IMG/VR virus record: IMGVR_UViG_3300046011_001509
Location: 1 to 58,499 of that record
Direction: 5' to 3' (one strand)
Length of the DNA stretch: 58,499 nt
Source: a virus
Taxonomy: Duplodnaviria > Caudoviricetes
Below, piece by piece: positions 37,654-47,188 of this stretch (positions are counted from its first letter, which is position 1; each line of letters begins with the position of its first letter). Below the pieces are notes generated by a model, which was not told where the DNA came from, searched no databases, and saw only the letters and a list, made by a program, of their open reading frames with translations. Position numbers and translations under genes: made by a program.

Positions 37654-38445
37654 TTACCCTCGTACCGCCTTAAAACCGGCGAGAAAGGCGTCTGTTTCTG
37701 ATAGATTGGGTTTTCCGCTGGCATTGCCTTTCGGCGTGATTGCAGCCTCTAACCGTTTCTGATTGGTTTGTTTTGACTGGGAGGCTTTCGCTTTCCAATC
37801 CTTGTAGGCAGAAATCTTTTCTCCGATGAACTCAGCGTCCCAACTTGCGTCGAGGGCTTCCTTTTCATCAGCAGGCAAGGTCTCTTTCCAGCCAACAAAG
37901 TCTTCCGATGCCACTACTGTTTTCCAGTCCCGATGCTGCACAGTGAGGAGCTTGGTTTCAAAGGCTTTCGTGGTTTCTTCCACGGAAGTCTTGAGTCGCT
38001 GCTCAAACTGATCTGAGTTGGGCTGACCTGCAACGCTCATACCGTTGAGGTCTTCGGCTAACAATGCGGCTAGTTCTGGATAGTCGGCAGACAAGCGCTT
38101 GAACTTGTCTGGGCTGAGTGCTAGAGCCTGTGACTGCTGCGGGGTTGACTTGAGAGAATCAATCGACTGCTTCAGCGAACCCATCGAACCAAAGATTTTT
38201 GACTCTCTCTGTTTCAACGCTTCCACTGTGGAGACAAGCTCCTTGATTTGCTCTTCGGTGTAACCGGCAATCAGCTTCGGCTCTGGTACGGGTTCAGGTT
38301 CGGGTTGCTCGATACCGTTTGCGGAATCAAATCCTGCCTGAAATGCAGCGTCTTCGTTGGCTTCGACTTGCGTCTCTTCCACTTGTGGCGCTTCAGCCTG
38401 TACTTCCTCTACTGCTACTTCCTGAACTTCGTTCTCTGTTGACAT
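37654..38445 (-). CDS. Scaffolding protein
   Basis: Acidic helical protein just upstream of the capsid gene; AAFQAGF and AFLAGF motifs. Confidence 0.75.
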   Translation of the reverse strand: MSTENEVQEVAVEEVQAEAPQVEETQVEANEDAAFQAGFDSANGIEQPEPEPVPEPKLIAGYTEEQIKELVSTVEALKQRESKIFGSMGSLKQSIDSLKSTPQQSQALALSPDKFKRLSADYPELAALLAEDLNGMSVAGQPNSDQFEQRLKTSVEETTKAFETKLLTVQHRDWKTVVASEDFVGWKETLPADEKEALDASWDAEFIGEKISAYKDWKAKASQSKQTNQKRLEAAITPKGNASGKPNLSETDAFLAGFKAVRG

Positions 38446-38505
38446 ACACACTCCAAAATGCAAAAGCCACCCAAAGGCAGCTTTCCTAAATGAGTTCGGC
38501 TATTG

Positions 38506-38709
38506 CTAGTCGGACTCGGCTTGCACTGTCTCTTGTTGACCAAGGGACAGAATCTGTTTGATAGCAGAGATACGTCCCCGGAGTCGAGACGTTGCTATCG
38601 CATCAAGCTCACCATCGTTTTGTTGACGGCAAGCTTTGAGTTGTTCGTTAAGGTGTGCGTCCAGACGCAGCCAAACGGCTGACTGGCGCTCTAATTCACT
38701 GAGCTTCAT
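38506..38709 (-). CDS. Small protein between portal and scaffold
   Basis: RLRGRISAIKQIL. Confidence 0.65.
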   Translation of the reverse strand: MKLSELERQSAVWLRLDAHLNEQLKACRQQNDGELDAIATSRLRGRISAIKQILSLGQQETVQAESD

Positions 38710-41066
38710 GCTTGGTATGCCTCGCCCGGTTTAGCCCGTCCTGCGGGTTCTACTGGCGGCTTCAGCACTTGCTTGGTGTGTGAATCAAGGTGGGCGAGTT
38801 CGCGTTGCAGGTTGATCTTCGCGCTCTCGGTGGAGAGTTTTGCCTTCACTTGATCCAATGTGATCTGGTGCTTGTTGGCGTATTCCAGTTGAGCGAGTGC
38901 GTATTTCATTTCCAACTCGCGCTCCTTGGCGTTCGCCATGATTCGGTTCTTTTCTGTCTCCGACTCAACATAGGCACGGTCACGGTCAGTGTCCACATTG
39001 GTGCGGTGGATGTCTGCTTCGGCCTTGGTCTGCGCCAGCTTCATCTCAATCGCACCACGGGTTTCGATCTCGTGGACATCGCCCTCCGACATCGTCTGAA
39101 CCTTCTTGAGTTCGACCTGACCCTTCATCGCAGCGATCTCTTTGTCAGTCTCGGCGCGAATCTTCGCAACCTCAACCTGCGGCATGGGTGGAGGCTGAAC
39201 GTTCTGTGCCGCCTTCTTCTCTTCGTCGGTAGGCTCAAAGCGTTTGGCGTCAAACCTGCGAGACTTCAGGTACTCCGTCATCGCCTGCTTCGGAGAGATG
39301 CCAAACGCTGGGTTGAGTGACATCTGGAGAATCTGCGCGGCTTCGTTGTTCTGAAAATCCCGCTCAATCAAAGCGGTGGAGCCACGCGCATCGATCTGGA
39401 AGTCGCCCTTCGCCTCTTCATCCTCGCCGTATAGCATCAGGTATTCGTAATATCTGCGAATGTGCGGCTCTGTCAGCTTGTCATCGATGGTGCGAACAAT
39501 CCTGCGGAGAACCACGTTGGCGTTGTTGTTCACAATCGTCATACCGCCAACCGTGTCTGGTGCGGTTCCCTGAGAACCCTGCATCAGCATGGGCAACCCA
39601 GTTACATCCTCTGCCATCTTGAGCGCGAACTGGATGATGTTCGATAGCTCCTGCTGCATCGTCGGAATGTTCACGGCAATGAAGGCTTGCGCTGCGGCCT
39701 GTACGTCAGCGCCTTCTCGCACGAACCAAATCTTGCGCGGAGTGATCGTCCAGACACCATCAGCAGGCTCAATTGCATCGCGCTTCACGATCAACTGAGG
39801 ACCAGCAGAGAAGCCTGCGTTGTCCATCATGTTGCGTGTCGCAGCATTCAGCATCCGTTGTGGCGTATTGATCTGACGCGCTACACCCATACCCCACGGC
39901 ATGCCAGAGCGTCGTTGCCACGGCAGAACGTCGTATGGGAAGTCGCCAGAATCAAGCGGGTTCAGCGCTGCCTTGATGGGAACATCGTTGACCATCGTAA
40001 TAATGGCTGGCACCGACACATCGCCATCAAGCGGAATGTCTACGTTGGCCGCTTCCAAATCCTCGCGCTCTGCAAGACCATAGAAGTACCAAATCTCAAA
40101 CTTGTCGGCGTCATTGATCTTCTCTTTGAACTTCAGACTCTTGTTGGTCTTCCCCTTCTGCGGACCCAGTTCAAGCGCCTTGTCAATTTGTTCATCCAGA
40201 TACCCCGGGATGCCCTTGAGTTCACGCAACTGTTTTGCAGTGATCTCATCCATCTCCCACACATAGGAGCCGTTGTGGATGTCTTCTCCACAGGCGGGGT
40301 CCGGGTAGAACTTCCACAGATCAATCGACTTCGACTCTGGCGCAATGGTTTGCTCAATCGCCATCGCCAGCATGCCGCCATTGGAATTGGCTACACGGTT
40401 GTACTTCTTGGCAGGAGTCGGGCCTTTCAGGATACCTGTCCCCAGTCGAGCGCAGTTCTCCAATACCTTGCGTACTTCGGAGTGCCATTGGCATTGAACC
40501 AGCCAGTCTTCCAACTGGGTCTTGGCTTTCTCGCATGCAGCACGGGCTTGGTCCTGAATGGCTTCAGCCGGGTCAACCGTGGGAGCAGGAGGTTGTGGCA
40601 TGCCCTGCATGGCTGGATCAACGTTGGGCTGCGCTATCGCCTGCGCTACGGGTGTTGGCTGGAACTTGCCTTGAGAGATGGGAGTGGGACGAATACCCCA
40701 GTTCGTCTCATCATTGGGCAAGGTCATGTCCGCCACGCGCGCGGCAGCAGCATCCACATATGGGCGAGTGATGTTCAGGTAGACCGTTGAGCGACCAGCC
40801 ATCGACTTGCGGTTCGTCTGGAACCCGCCATTCGGAGTAGAAGGCTTCAGTACAGATTCGCGGTTCGTGTCATCGACGCCTTGGTATGCCTCTTCATCAG
40901 CAGTCCAGTCGTCCTCAATCCCGCTACTAGCCCGTCCTTGAATAGCCTCTTCCCGCTTCTTTGCGAGTGAAGCTCCGAATGCTTCAATCTTTTCGGCGAG
41001 TTTTGCCTTCTGAATCGCCATCGCTTCGATGACCTCATCCGGTAAGTCTTGAAGTTGTTCGTTCAT
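38706..41066 (-). CDS. Portal protein
   Basis: NITRPYVDAAAAR...LGTGILKGP...FYPDP...WGMGVA...NAATRNMMDN. Confidence 0.9.
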   Translation of the reverse strand: MNEQLQDLPDEVIEAMAIQKAKLAEKIEAFGASLAKKREEAIQGRASSGIEDDWTADEEAYQGVDDTNRESVLKPSTPNGGFQTNRKSMAGRSTVYLNITRPYVDAAAARVADMTLPNDETNWGIRPTPISQGKFQPTPVAQAIAQPNVDPAMQGMPQPPAPTVDPAEAIQDQARAACEKAKTQLEDWLVQCQWHSEVRKVLENCARLGTGILKGPTPAKKYNRVANSNGGMLAMAIEQTIAPESKSIDLWKFYPDPACGEDIHNGSYVWEMDEITAKQLRELKGIPGYLDEQIDKALELGPQKGKTNKSLKFKEKINDADKFEIWYFYGLAEREDLEAANVDIPLDGDVSVPAIITMVNDVPIKAALNPLDSGDFPYDVLPWQRRSGMPWGMGVARQINTPQRMLNAATRNMMDNAGFSAGPQLIVKRDAIEPADGVWTITPRKIWFVREGADVQAAAQAFIAVNIPTMQQELSNIIQFALKMAEDVTGLPMLMQGSQGTAPDTVGGMTIVNNNANVVLRRIVRTIDDKLTEPHIRRYYEYLMLYGEDEEAKGDFQIDARGSTALIERDFQNNEAAQILQMSLNPAFGISPKQAMTEYLKSRRFDAKRFEPTDEEKKAAQNVQPPPMPQVEVAKIRAETDKEIAAMKGQVELKKVQTMSEGDVHEIETRGAIEMKLAQTKAEADIHRTNVDTDRDRAYVESETEKNRIMANAKERELEMKYALAQLEYANKHQITLDQVKAKLSTESAKINLQRELAHLDSHTKQVLKPPVEPAGRAKPGEAYQA

Positions 41067-41076
41067 ATTTGGTCGT

Positions 41077-41100
41077 AAAAAAACCACCTCATGGGTGGTT
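41077..41100 (-). terminator. Terminator-like hairpin before the portal gene
   Basis: AACCACC-loop-GGTGG followed by T7 on the minus strand. Confidence 0.6.
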
Positions 41101-41105
41101 CGTGT

Positions 41106-41744
41106 TTATCTTCTTGCCCGTCTTCTCAACTGAGCAACGTAGTTAAAGTTGCCCTCATTCGCTGCCGTATCCCAGCAAATCCAACTGACCTTCACATCGC
41201 AAGGTGTCGCGTTGGTGTCAAACGCCAGCCACGAAACCTTGACATCACACGGCGTTGCGTTGGTGTCAAACGCCAGCCACGAAACCTTGACATCACACGG
41301 CGTTGCGTTGGTGTCAAGCTGCAGCCAACTGACCTTGACATCAATGGTCGCGCTTGACTGAGCCACCGTGGGTGCATAGCCCGTAATCGTCAGACTGCCA
41401 GCGCCAGCAACCACACTCTGATTCGCAGACTGCAAGACAGTCGGTGCATTACCAACCAGCGTTAAACCGCCCACACCAGCCGTTACAGCTTGATTCGCAG
41501 TCCGGGTGACTGTTGGTACATACCCGGCAATTGAGAGGCTTCCCGCCCCTGCTGTGACCGCTTGGTGTGCTGTCTGTAAAACCGTGGGCGCGTTACCGAC
41601 TAGGGCAATACTTCCAACGCCGGGGGTAATTGCAGTTGCCGCTGTCTGAATTACAGATGGCGCGTAACCCTGTATTGAGACAACGCCTTCCCCGGGTGTG
41701 ACCGTCGTGCCACCACCCGCTTGTAGGGCAAGTAGCAGTGACAT
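41106..41744 (-). CDS. Repeat-rich structural protein
   Basis: 24-aa (A)NQAVTAGxGxLxxxGxAPTVxQ repeats plus four 16-aa DVKVSW repeats. Confidence 0.7.
   Translation of the reverse strand: MSLLLALQAGGGTTVTPGEGVVSIQGYAPSVIQTAATAITPGVGSIALVGNAPTVLQTAHQAVTAGAGSLSIAGYVPTVTRTANQAVTAGVGGLTLVGNAPTVLQSANQSVVAGAGSLTITGYAPTVAQSSATIDVKVSWLQLDTNATPCDVKVSWLAFDTNATPCDVKVSWLAFDTNATPCDVKVSWICWDTAANEGNFNYVAQLRRRARR
41176..41345 (-). repeat. 48-bp tandem repeat encoding DVKVSWLxxDTNATPC
   Basis: About 3.5 copies visible. Confidence 0.85.
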
Positions 41745-41747
41745 AGG

Positions 41748-43190
41748 TTATTCCCAGTAACCGCCAATAGAGATTACAAAGGTGATTGCTCCGGTAGTCG
41801 TTACAGTGCCGATATTTCGCGCAACAATGTCAACGAATTCACCGGGGCGTACCACAATTGGTACATCGAGATTCAAGTCAACCACCCCGCCGAGTGTGCC
41901 AACAGCAGCGGTTGCCGCATAGCTTTGCATACCGATTTGCATAACTCGTGGTGCGTGGGTTGTAGCTGTCGCGAACGATGCTGTTTCACCTGTTGCCAAT
42001 GTTGTTGCAGTGTGCCCAACTGCCAAGGCAAGAGCGTAGATAACAGGTCCACCCGCCAAGATCACAGATACAGCGCCATTTAGCGTTACCCGGGTGATAT
42101 ACAGGTTGCGCCCTGTGATGTTGATTGACGGTACAGGGTTTTGATACGTAATCAGCTTACCGTCATTGTTTGCAGTGAGTGTCGGCAGTACAGCAACGAT
42201 TCCACCCAAACCAGTAAACGCCGCAGCAGTGTTTGTCAGTGCTACCGCTGTAGGTGCGGTGTTGTTTGTCCAGAGGGTTGTCTTTCCTTGTGTGTGCCCA
42301 TTCTGCCCAAACAGAGCGTGCTGCCCCATGCCTGCTACCTGATGTGCCCAAGGCTTGCTTGTTGCAAGGTCCATCAGGCTAACAGTAACGTCTGTCAATC
42401 GGATAACGTTGGTGTTTGCTACGACACCTGTGCAAAGTTTCTGCATAAACACCGGGAGAGAACCTTGCATAAACGGTTGCCCGTAGGCAACTGGGATAGC
42501 GATCTCTCCATACAACACATCGTTCACCCAAAACTCGATCTCCTCCTCGCCAACCACCATCGCAAACCGTGAGTTTGTAGCAAGCGGTATCTGAGTAGCC
42601 ATTAAGGTAACTTGGACAACCGTGTTGTTGTTGTACTGCAATTCACCGTACAGGCCAGTTGCATTCATCTTGAACCAGCAACCGTCAGTAGGAGCAACGC
42701 CACCAGCACTAGGCAATCCCAATCCTGCGTAAAACACCTCATTGGCAACCATTGACGCCGTGTTGCTTGCGCCTGAAAACTCCACCGATAGCGGTGCAGT
42801 GCCAATCAGCGGGAAGTATTGAAATGATCGAACAAACGCACCGTGAGCATTGGCCGTACCTTGTACCGTGCCAAATTGCAGATAACCACCCGGCTGAGTG
42901 CAAGTCAAAGTAGCAGCCGTATAGCTCCATAACGTTGTGTTTTGTGTAGTGGCGTTAAAGGTATCAGTGAGCAATACCGTATCAACACCTACCCGCAATC
43001 GGAAATCTGGTGAAGTCTCTGGGCTTTTTAGATACGGATCGCCAGTGATAGAACCATCGTCGTTTTCACTAAACAAGCGAACACCACCTACACCCGCAGG
43101 AGCAGCAGAAGCATCACCTGTGAAAACAGGCACACCGTTTGCCGTTGTAGCTATGTCTGTGCCATTTTTACCAATGATTGAAATGCTCAT
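41748..43190 (-). CDS. Beta-rich structural protein, possibly lectin/ConA-like
   Basis: 480-aa Thr/Gly-rich ORF; IEFWVNDVLYG resembles a LamG-type strand. Confidence 0.6.
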   Translation of the reverse strand: MSISIIGKNGTDIATTANGVPVFTGDASAAPAGVGGVRLFSENDDGSITGDPYLKSPETSPDFRLRVGVDTVLLTDTFNATTQNTTLWSYTAATLTCTQPGGYLQFGTVQGTANAHGAFVRSFQYFPLIGTAPLSVEFSGASNTASMVANEVFYAGLGLPSAGGVAPTDGCWFKMNATGLYGELQYNNNTVVQVTLMATQIPLATNSRFAMVVGEEEIEFWVNDVLYGEIAIPVAYGQPFMQGSLPVFMQKLCTGVVANTNVIRLTDVTVSLMDLATSKPWAHQVAGMGQHALFGQNGHTQGKTTLWTNNTAPTAVALTNTAAAFTGLGGIVAVLPTLTANNDGKLITYQNPVPSINITGRNLYITRVTLNGAVSVILAGGPVIYALALAVGHTATTLATGETASFATATTHAPRVMQIGMQSYAATAAVGTLGGVVDLNLDVPIVVRPGEFVDIVARNIGTVTTTGAITFVISIGGYWE

Positions 43191-43453
43191 GCGTAGACCC
43201 ACCCAATGTTATATATACCGTGCGCGAAACCTGTCCTGCACTTGGCGTAAATAGTGAAGCCAACACCGCTATTAGCAGGCCCGGCAATCACCACCAAATC
43301 CTCTACCCAATGGTTATCCAAAGTGTTTGAAGCAGTGTCGGCAGGAATAATCCATGCCTCTACCTTTTCAGCCAAAATAGAAGGCTCAGACACCGCAACT
43401 GATGCGTCAGTCTTGCCCGTACCAAAATCAACCGTTGTTGTGCCAGTTGCCAT
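43187..43453 (-). CDS. Small structural protein
   Basis: MATGTTTVDFG...GVGFTIYA. Confidence 0.65.
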   Translation of the reverse strand: MATGTTTVDFGTGKTDASVAVSEPSILAEKVEAWIIPADTASNTLDNHWVEDLVVIAGPANSGVGFTIYAKCRTGFAHGIYNIGWVYA

Positions 43454-44460
43454 CAAGCGCTCTCCAATTCAACACTTAACGCACCAGAGGTTATTGCGGC
43501 AATCTCGCCACTCGTGAGCGCGATGCTGTACTCTGTGTCCGATGCTGTCAGAACCTGTGTCTGCTCCCGCACCGTTGTAACGCCCTGCTTCAGTCTCACG
43601 ATGACTGAGTTTCCTGTGCTGGATGACGCGCGGTACTTCAGCACTTGGCTCGTTGGACTGCCGGGGTAGATCGTGGTGTTCATACCCATCTCGCATACCT
43701 GACCAACAGCGTTGCTGCTGATGTAGTCCAGTGGATCAGGGGTTACCTCGTCAACCATCGGGTACAAGTCTGTACCAGTGCTTGGAACCCAGCCACCGGG
43801 GCTGATATCGCTATTGGGTCGTGCAATAGTCTCTGTGTCAGCCGTGCGCGTAACTGTCGGTGCCCAGCCGTCGATGGTGAACACACCAAAGCCGGGGACG
43901 ACAACCTGATTCGCAGTCTGCTGAACCGTTGGTGCGTAGCCGTTGATCGTGAGGTTGCCAACAGCAGGAGCGACGATTGCCTCTTGCGTGACCGTTGGTG
44001 CATAGCCTTGGATGCTGACACTACCAACACCCGCTGTGACTGACTGGTTAGCAGTCTGTGTGACCGTAGGCTCATTGCCTGTGATCGTGATGCTGCCAAC
44101 GCCGGGTTGGATGGTGCCTGATGCGGACTGATCAACCGTGGGCGCGTAGCCAACAATGGTGACGTTACCAACGCCAGCGGTGACTGCTTGATTCGCGGTC
44201 TGAGCAACCGTTGGGGCTTGACCCGTGATAGTGACACTGCCGCCCCCTGCCGTGACTGCTTGATTCGCTGTCTGCTGAACAGTCGGTGCGTTACCTGTGA
44301 TCGTTACATTGCCGACACCCGCAGTAATCGCTTGGTTTGCAGTCTGCTGAACGGTGGGCGCATTGCCGACCAGAGTGAGACTTCCAACGCCTGCAGTAAC
44401 GGACTGATTTGCAGTCACGCTTGAGGTTGAATACTCCCACGCTCCAATGTCATAGGCCAT
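43453..44460 (-). CDS. Repeat-rich structural protein, probably the C-terminal half of a fusion with 44464-45378
   Basis: About eight 24-aa repeats; begins MAYDIGAWEY in frame with the upstream ORF. Confidence 0.65.
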   Translation of the reverse strand: MAYDIGAWEYSTSSVTANQSVTAGVGSLTLVGNAPTVQQTANQAITAGVGNVTITGNAPTVQQTANQAVTAGGGSVTITGQAPTVAQTANQAVTAGVGNVTIVGYAPTVDQSASGTIQPGVGSITITGNEPTVTQTANQSVTAGVGSVSIQGYAPTVTQEAIVAPAVGNLTINGYAPTVQQTANQVVVPGFGVFTIDGWAPTVTRTADTETIARPNSDISPGGWVPSTGTDLYPMVDEVTPDPLDYISSNAVGQVCEMGMNTTIYPGSPTSQVLKYRASSSTGNSVIVRLKQGVTTVREQTQVLTASDTEYSIALTSGEIAAITSGALSVELESA

Positions 44461-44463
44461 ACT

Positions 44464-45378
44464 TCATGACCTCGCAGTTCCAACAATGTCGTTGGGGGTG
44501 TTTGTGGCGTCCGTTGTTCCTACCCCGATAAGGGCACTTCCAGTAACCAGCCGGAAATCTTCAGACCCGCTTGTTACATTGACAAATGTTGCAGTGCTGA
44601 ACGGAATTGATCCAGTAAAGCCGGAATGGGGTGATGTATCGTCTGAGGCGCATGTTGTGGTCGTAGAGCCTGACGAATTGGCATTGGTTAAATCATTTGG
44701 GAAACCGAAAACAGCACAATTTCTAACGGTTGTTGCGCTGGAATAATCTAAAGCGATTCCTGCTCTGGAACCATTATTATCAAAACGAACTACTGTGCAA
44801 CCATAGACATTTGCATTGCCTGCAACGCTAACTCCACCCACTGACACGGCAGCACCGCTGGGCACAACAATAAGCGAGTTTTTTAGTATGCCATCTGAGA
44901 TAGCTGTAGCGGCTGGTGTTCCTTTGCCATACAGAATGCATGCGTCTTGTACCGTACCCGTCCCGCTGATATTTGTTGCGCCTGTACTACTTGCAGCGAC
45001 CCCTGTGGACTTGATCTGTAGATTAGACAGTCTGAAATAGTTTTCAGTAGCAAGCACCGTGAAGACATATCCACCACTCTGCGTTATGGCAACACCGTTC
45101 GCTTGGTTGTAGCGCAGGGCATTTGTCAGCTTGTTGGCGTTATCCGCAAAACTCTCGCCTGCCGCTGCTGTCAATTCTTTGTAGCGAGTGGAATCAGAGG
45201 TGGACCCTGCTACGGTCAGCATGGTTGTTGCTCCCGTGAACTCGGTATCGTTGTAGCATTCGCCACGCCATATCTGGTCAGCCGTTACAAGGTTTGCAGG
45301 CGCGGAGTCTTCCCACGCTTGCAGTGTCGAGTAGTCTCGGCTTGATGTTCCAATGGAATGAACGACTGTAGTTGCCAT
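44464..45378 (-). CDS. Beta-helix (pectin-lyase-like) structural protein, N-terminal half
   Basis: RDYSTLQAWED N-terminus; DFRLVTGSALIGVG...DIVGTAR C-terminus (choice-of-anchor-Q-like), truncated by TGA. Confidence 0.65.
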   Translation of the reverse strand: MATTVVHSIGTSSRDYSTLQAWEDSAPANLVTADQIWRGECYNDTEFTGATTMLTVAGSTSDSTRYKELTAAAGESFADNANKLTNALRYNQANGVAITQSGGYVFTVLATENYFRLSNLQIKSTGVAASSTGATNISGTGTVQDACILYGKGTPAATAISDGILKNSLIVVPSGAAVSVGGVSVAGNANVYGCTVVRFDNNGSRAGIALDYSSATTVRNCAVFGFPNDLTNANSSGSTTTTCASDDTSPHSGFTGSIPFSTATFVNVTSGSEDFRLVTGSALIGVGTTDATNTPNDIVGTARS

Positions 45379-45380
45379 GT

Positions 45381-45791
45381 TTAGTCAAACACGTTGGGAT
45401 CAGCCAGTGGTGGCTTTTGTATTTTCAGGGCCGCTATGTCTTGCGCTGACATTGAGGTACGGGCAGTCGGGTTGCGCCGTTTAACATCAGCCATTACCGC
45501 TGCAACGCTGGCGGGGAGGTTATCCAAGTCCAGCTTAAATCCACGCGCCTGTAGCATCATGCTTGGGTTTAACGGGTCAATCTCAGGCTCAGAACTAAGA
45601 AACGTGGTGACCATAGTTACCGGGACACCCGGTAGCTTGACGATGCGCCACGCTGGGTTCTTTTGTTCTTGCTTACCCCACACCCACCCGTCAGGCTGCA
45701 CAACGATCACGTCACCGCGCTTGGTGCATTTAGCGTCCAAGTACGGGTCTGCGTTGATCTTGTCAACGACCCTGACCAGTAGCTCTGCCAT
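45381..45791 (-). CDS. Hypothetical protein
   Basis: KRGDVIVVQPDGWVWGKQE. Confidence 0.7.
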   Translation of the reverse strand: MAELLVRVVDKINADPYLDAKCTKRGDVIVVQPDGWVWGKQEQKNPAWRIVKLPGVPVTMVTTFLSSEPEIDPLNPSMMLQARGFKLDLDNLPASVAAVMADVKRRNPTARTSMSAQDIAALKIQKPPLADPNVFD

Positions 45792-46228
45792 CAGACATAC
45801 GCCTCTGACCAGCCGTCATAGTGCTGGACGATGTTGCCGAATTTCAGTTCGCACAGTTCCATGAGTCGTGCCAACAGTGCATCGTATTCAGCGTCGATCT
45901 CTGGGGCCACGTCAGTGATGCCACCGTGGTCTGCTGTCAGGCCCATAGGGGTGCGGTGCGAGTAAACGCAATGCGCCATGCAGTTGTCTTCAAGCGCAGT
46001 GATGCGATGCTTGACGTTAGCTTTGATAAGCACCCAGTTGCGCCCATCCTGCGCCCGCTTGATAGCGGACTGCTTGACCGTATCGTCATCGTTCAACGAC
46101 TCCACGCGAACAGAGCCACGCACCACATAGGTGGTGTGGTCGAAGTTGTGGGTATGGCCGTTAACTACCTCGCCAGCCTTTTGGAATGGCATTTCGCGCA
46201 AGTAAATATTGCCGCTGACATATTCCAT
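45791..46228 (-). CDS. Cupin-fold protein
   Basis: GHTHNFDHTTYVVRG...IKANVKHRITALED. Confidence 0.75.
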   Translation of the reverse strand: MEYVSGNIYLREMPFQKAGEVVNGHTHNFDHTTYVVRGSVRVESLNDDDTVKQSAIKRAQDGRNWVLIKANVKHRITALEDNCMAHCVYSHRTPMGLTADHGGITDVAPEIDAEYDALLARLMELCELKFGNIVQHYDGWSEAYV

Positions 46229-46552
46229 TTAGACCACCCGCAGTTGTTCGTAACGCAGCACTGCAAGCACTTGCAGCATCGCCATGTTGAGTGATGTGTC
46301 GGCACCCAGCGGCAATGCCGTTTCGGGGTCTATCAGAGGGATTGGGTCATTGCCAGCGTTTGGCATGTCGAGTTGTCGGTGCAACGGCAGCAAGTCTTCA
46401 ATCTTGCGTACCGTACCGTCTGCCAGTTTTACGGCTAGTGATTGATCAATCTTGACACTAGGCAACAGGTTGTTGTCTGGATAGTCGATAGTGATCTTGT
46501 GGGCGCGGACGTATGGCGCACCTACTTGCGAAGGGTCGTAATTAACGGTCAT
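46229..46552 (-). CDS. Hypothetical protein
   Basis: 107-aa ORF in the operon. Confidence 0.65.
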   Translation of the reverse strand: MTVNYDPSQVGAPYVRAHKITIDYPDNNLLPSVKIDQSLAVKLADGTVRKIEDLLPLHRQLDMPNAGNDPIPLIDPETALPLGADTSLNMAMLQVLAVLRYEQLRVV

Positions 46553-46631
46553 TTATAGCTCCAGACTAGATAGACGAATACTGCGAGGGCGAGGATGTAG
46601 GTCAGCCAGAATAGGGCTGCTGCGCGGGTCA

Positions 46632-47114
46632 TTACGTTGCGCTGAGTACGCCTGAAGGAACGGTGACCGTTAGGGTGTTCCCGCTTGTGGTGATAGCGAT
46701 GTTTGCACCACCAGAGTCACCAAGGAAGTGGCCCACGATAGGGTTCAGCTTTCCGTTCAATGTTCCGCTTGCGTATAAGACGCCGTACTTCCACGCTGGA
46801 ATACCAGTACCGTCTGCGGTCCATGTTGGGCTTGGTCCAGTGAATGTAAAGCTCACGTTGTTTGAGCCACCCAGTGCGGTGGAGTCCCCAGTTACAGTTG
46901 CGCCGCCATCTGCGTAGGCGGTCTGACTACCTAAAGCCACCTGATAGGTTGATACATCACCCCACAACTCGTTGCCAGCGTCTCCGTTGTTAGGAGTCCA
47001 TCCTGATGTGACAAGAGCCAGCTTGTAGGTGTTGTTGGTTGCGTCAAGTAACTTCGTTGCGTTGAAGAAGTTCAGCTTTGATTTATTAGGGAAGATGAAA
47101 GGTCCGGCGGCCAT
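46632..47114 (-). CDS. Structural (fibre-associated) protein
   Basis: YKLALVTS...YADGG...PTWTA...GVLY...GNTLTV. Confidence 0.7.
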   Translation of the reverse strand: MAAGPFIFPNKSKLNFFNATKLLDATNNTYKLALVTSGWTPNNGDAGNELWGDVSTYQVALGSQTAYADGGATVTGDSTALGGSNNVSFTFTGPSPTWTADGTGIPAWKYGVLYASGTLNGKLNPIVGHFLGDSGGANIAITTSGNTLTVTVPSGVLSAT

Positions 47115-47188
47115 GATTTACTCCTTGTTGATTCCGAATAGTGCGTACATAAAGATGTAGCCGATGATGGTTAGGATGGTCAGGATGC

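Noticed and set aside
39687-40790. 367-aa plus-strand ORF and similar long antisense ORFs across the late region
   Set aside because: Antisense to portal and other clear genes; no motifs or SD; expected from codon bias
41176-41345. 48-bp repeats as a mini-CRISPR
   Set aside because: Tandem with no unique spacers, in frame with synonymous variation, so protein repeats
44464-44466. Genome-wide TGA recoding or selenocysteine
   Set aside because: TGA terminates many well-defined genes here; no Sec context recognised and the position is a linker, not a Cys site
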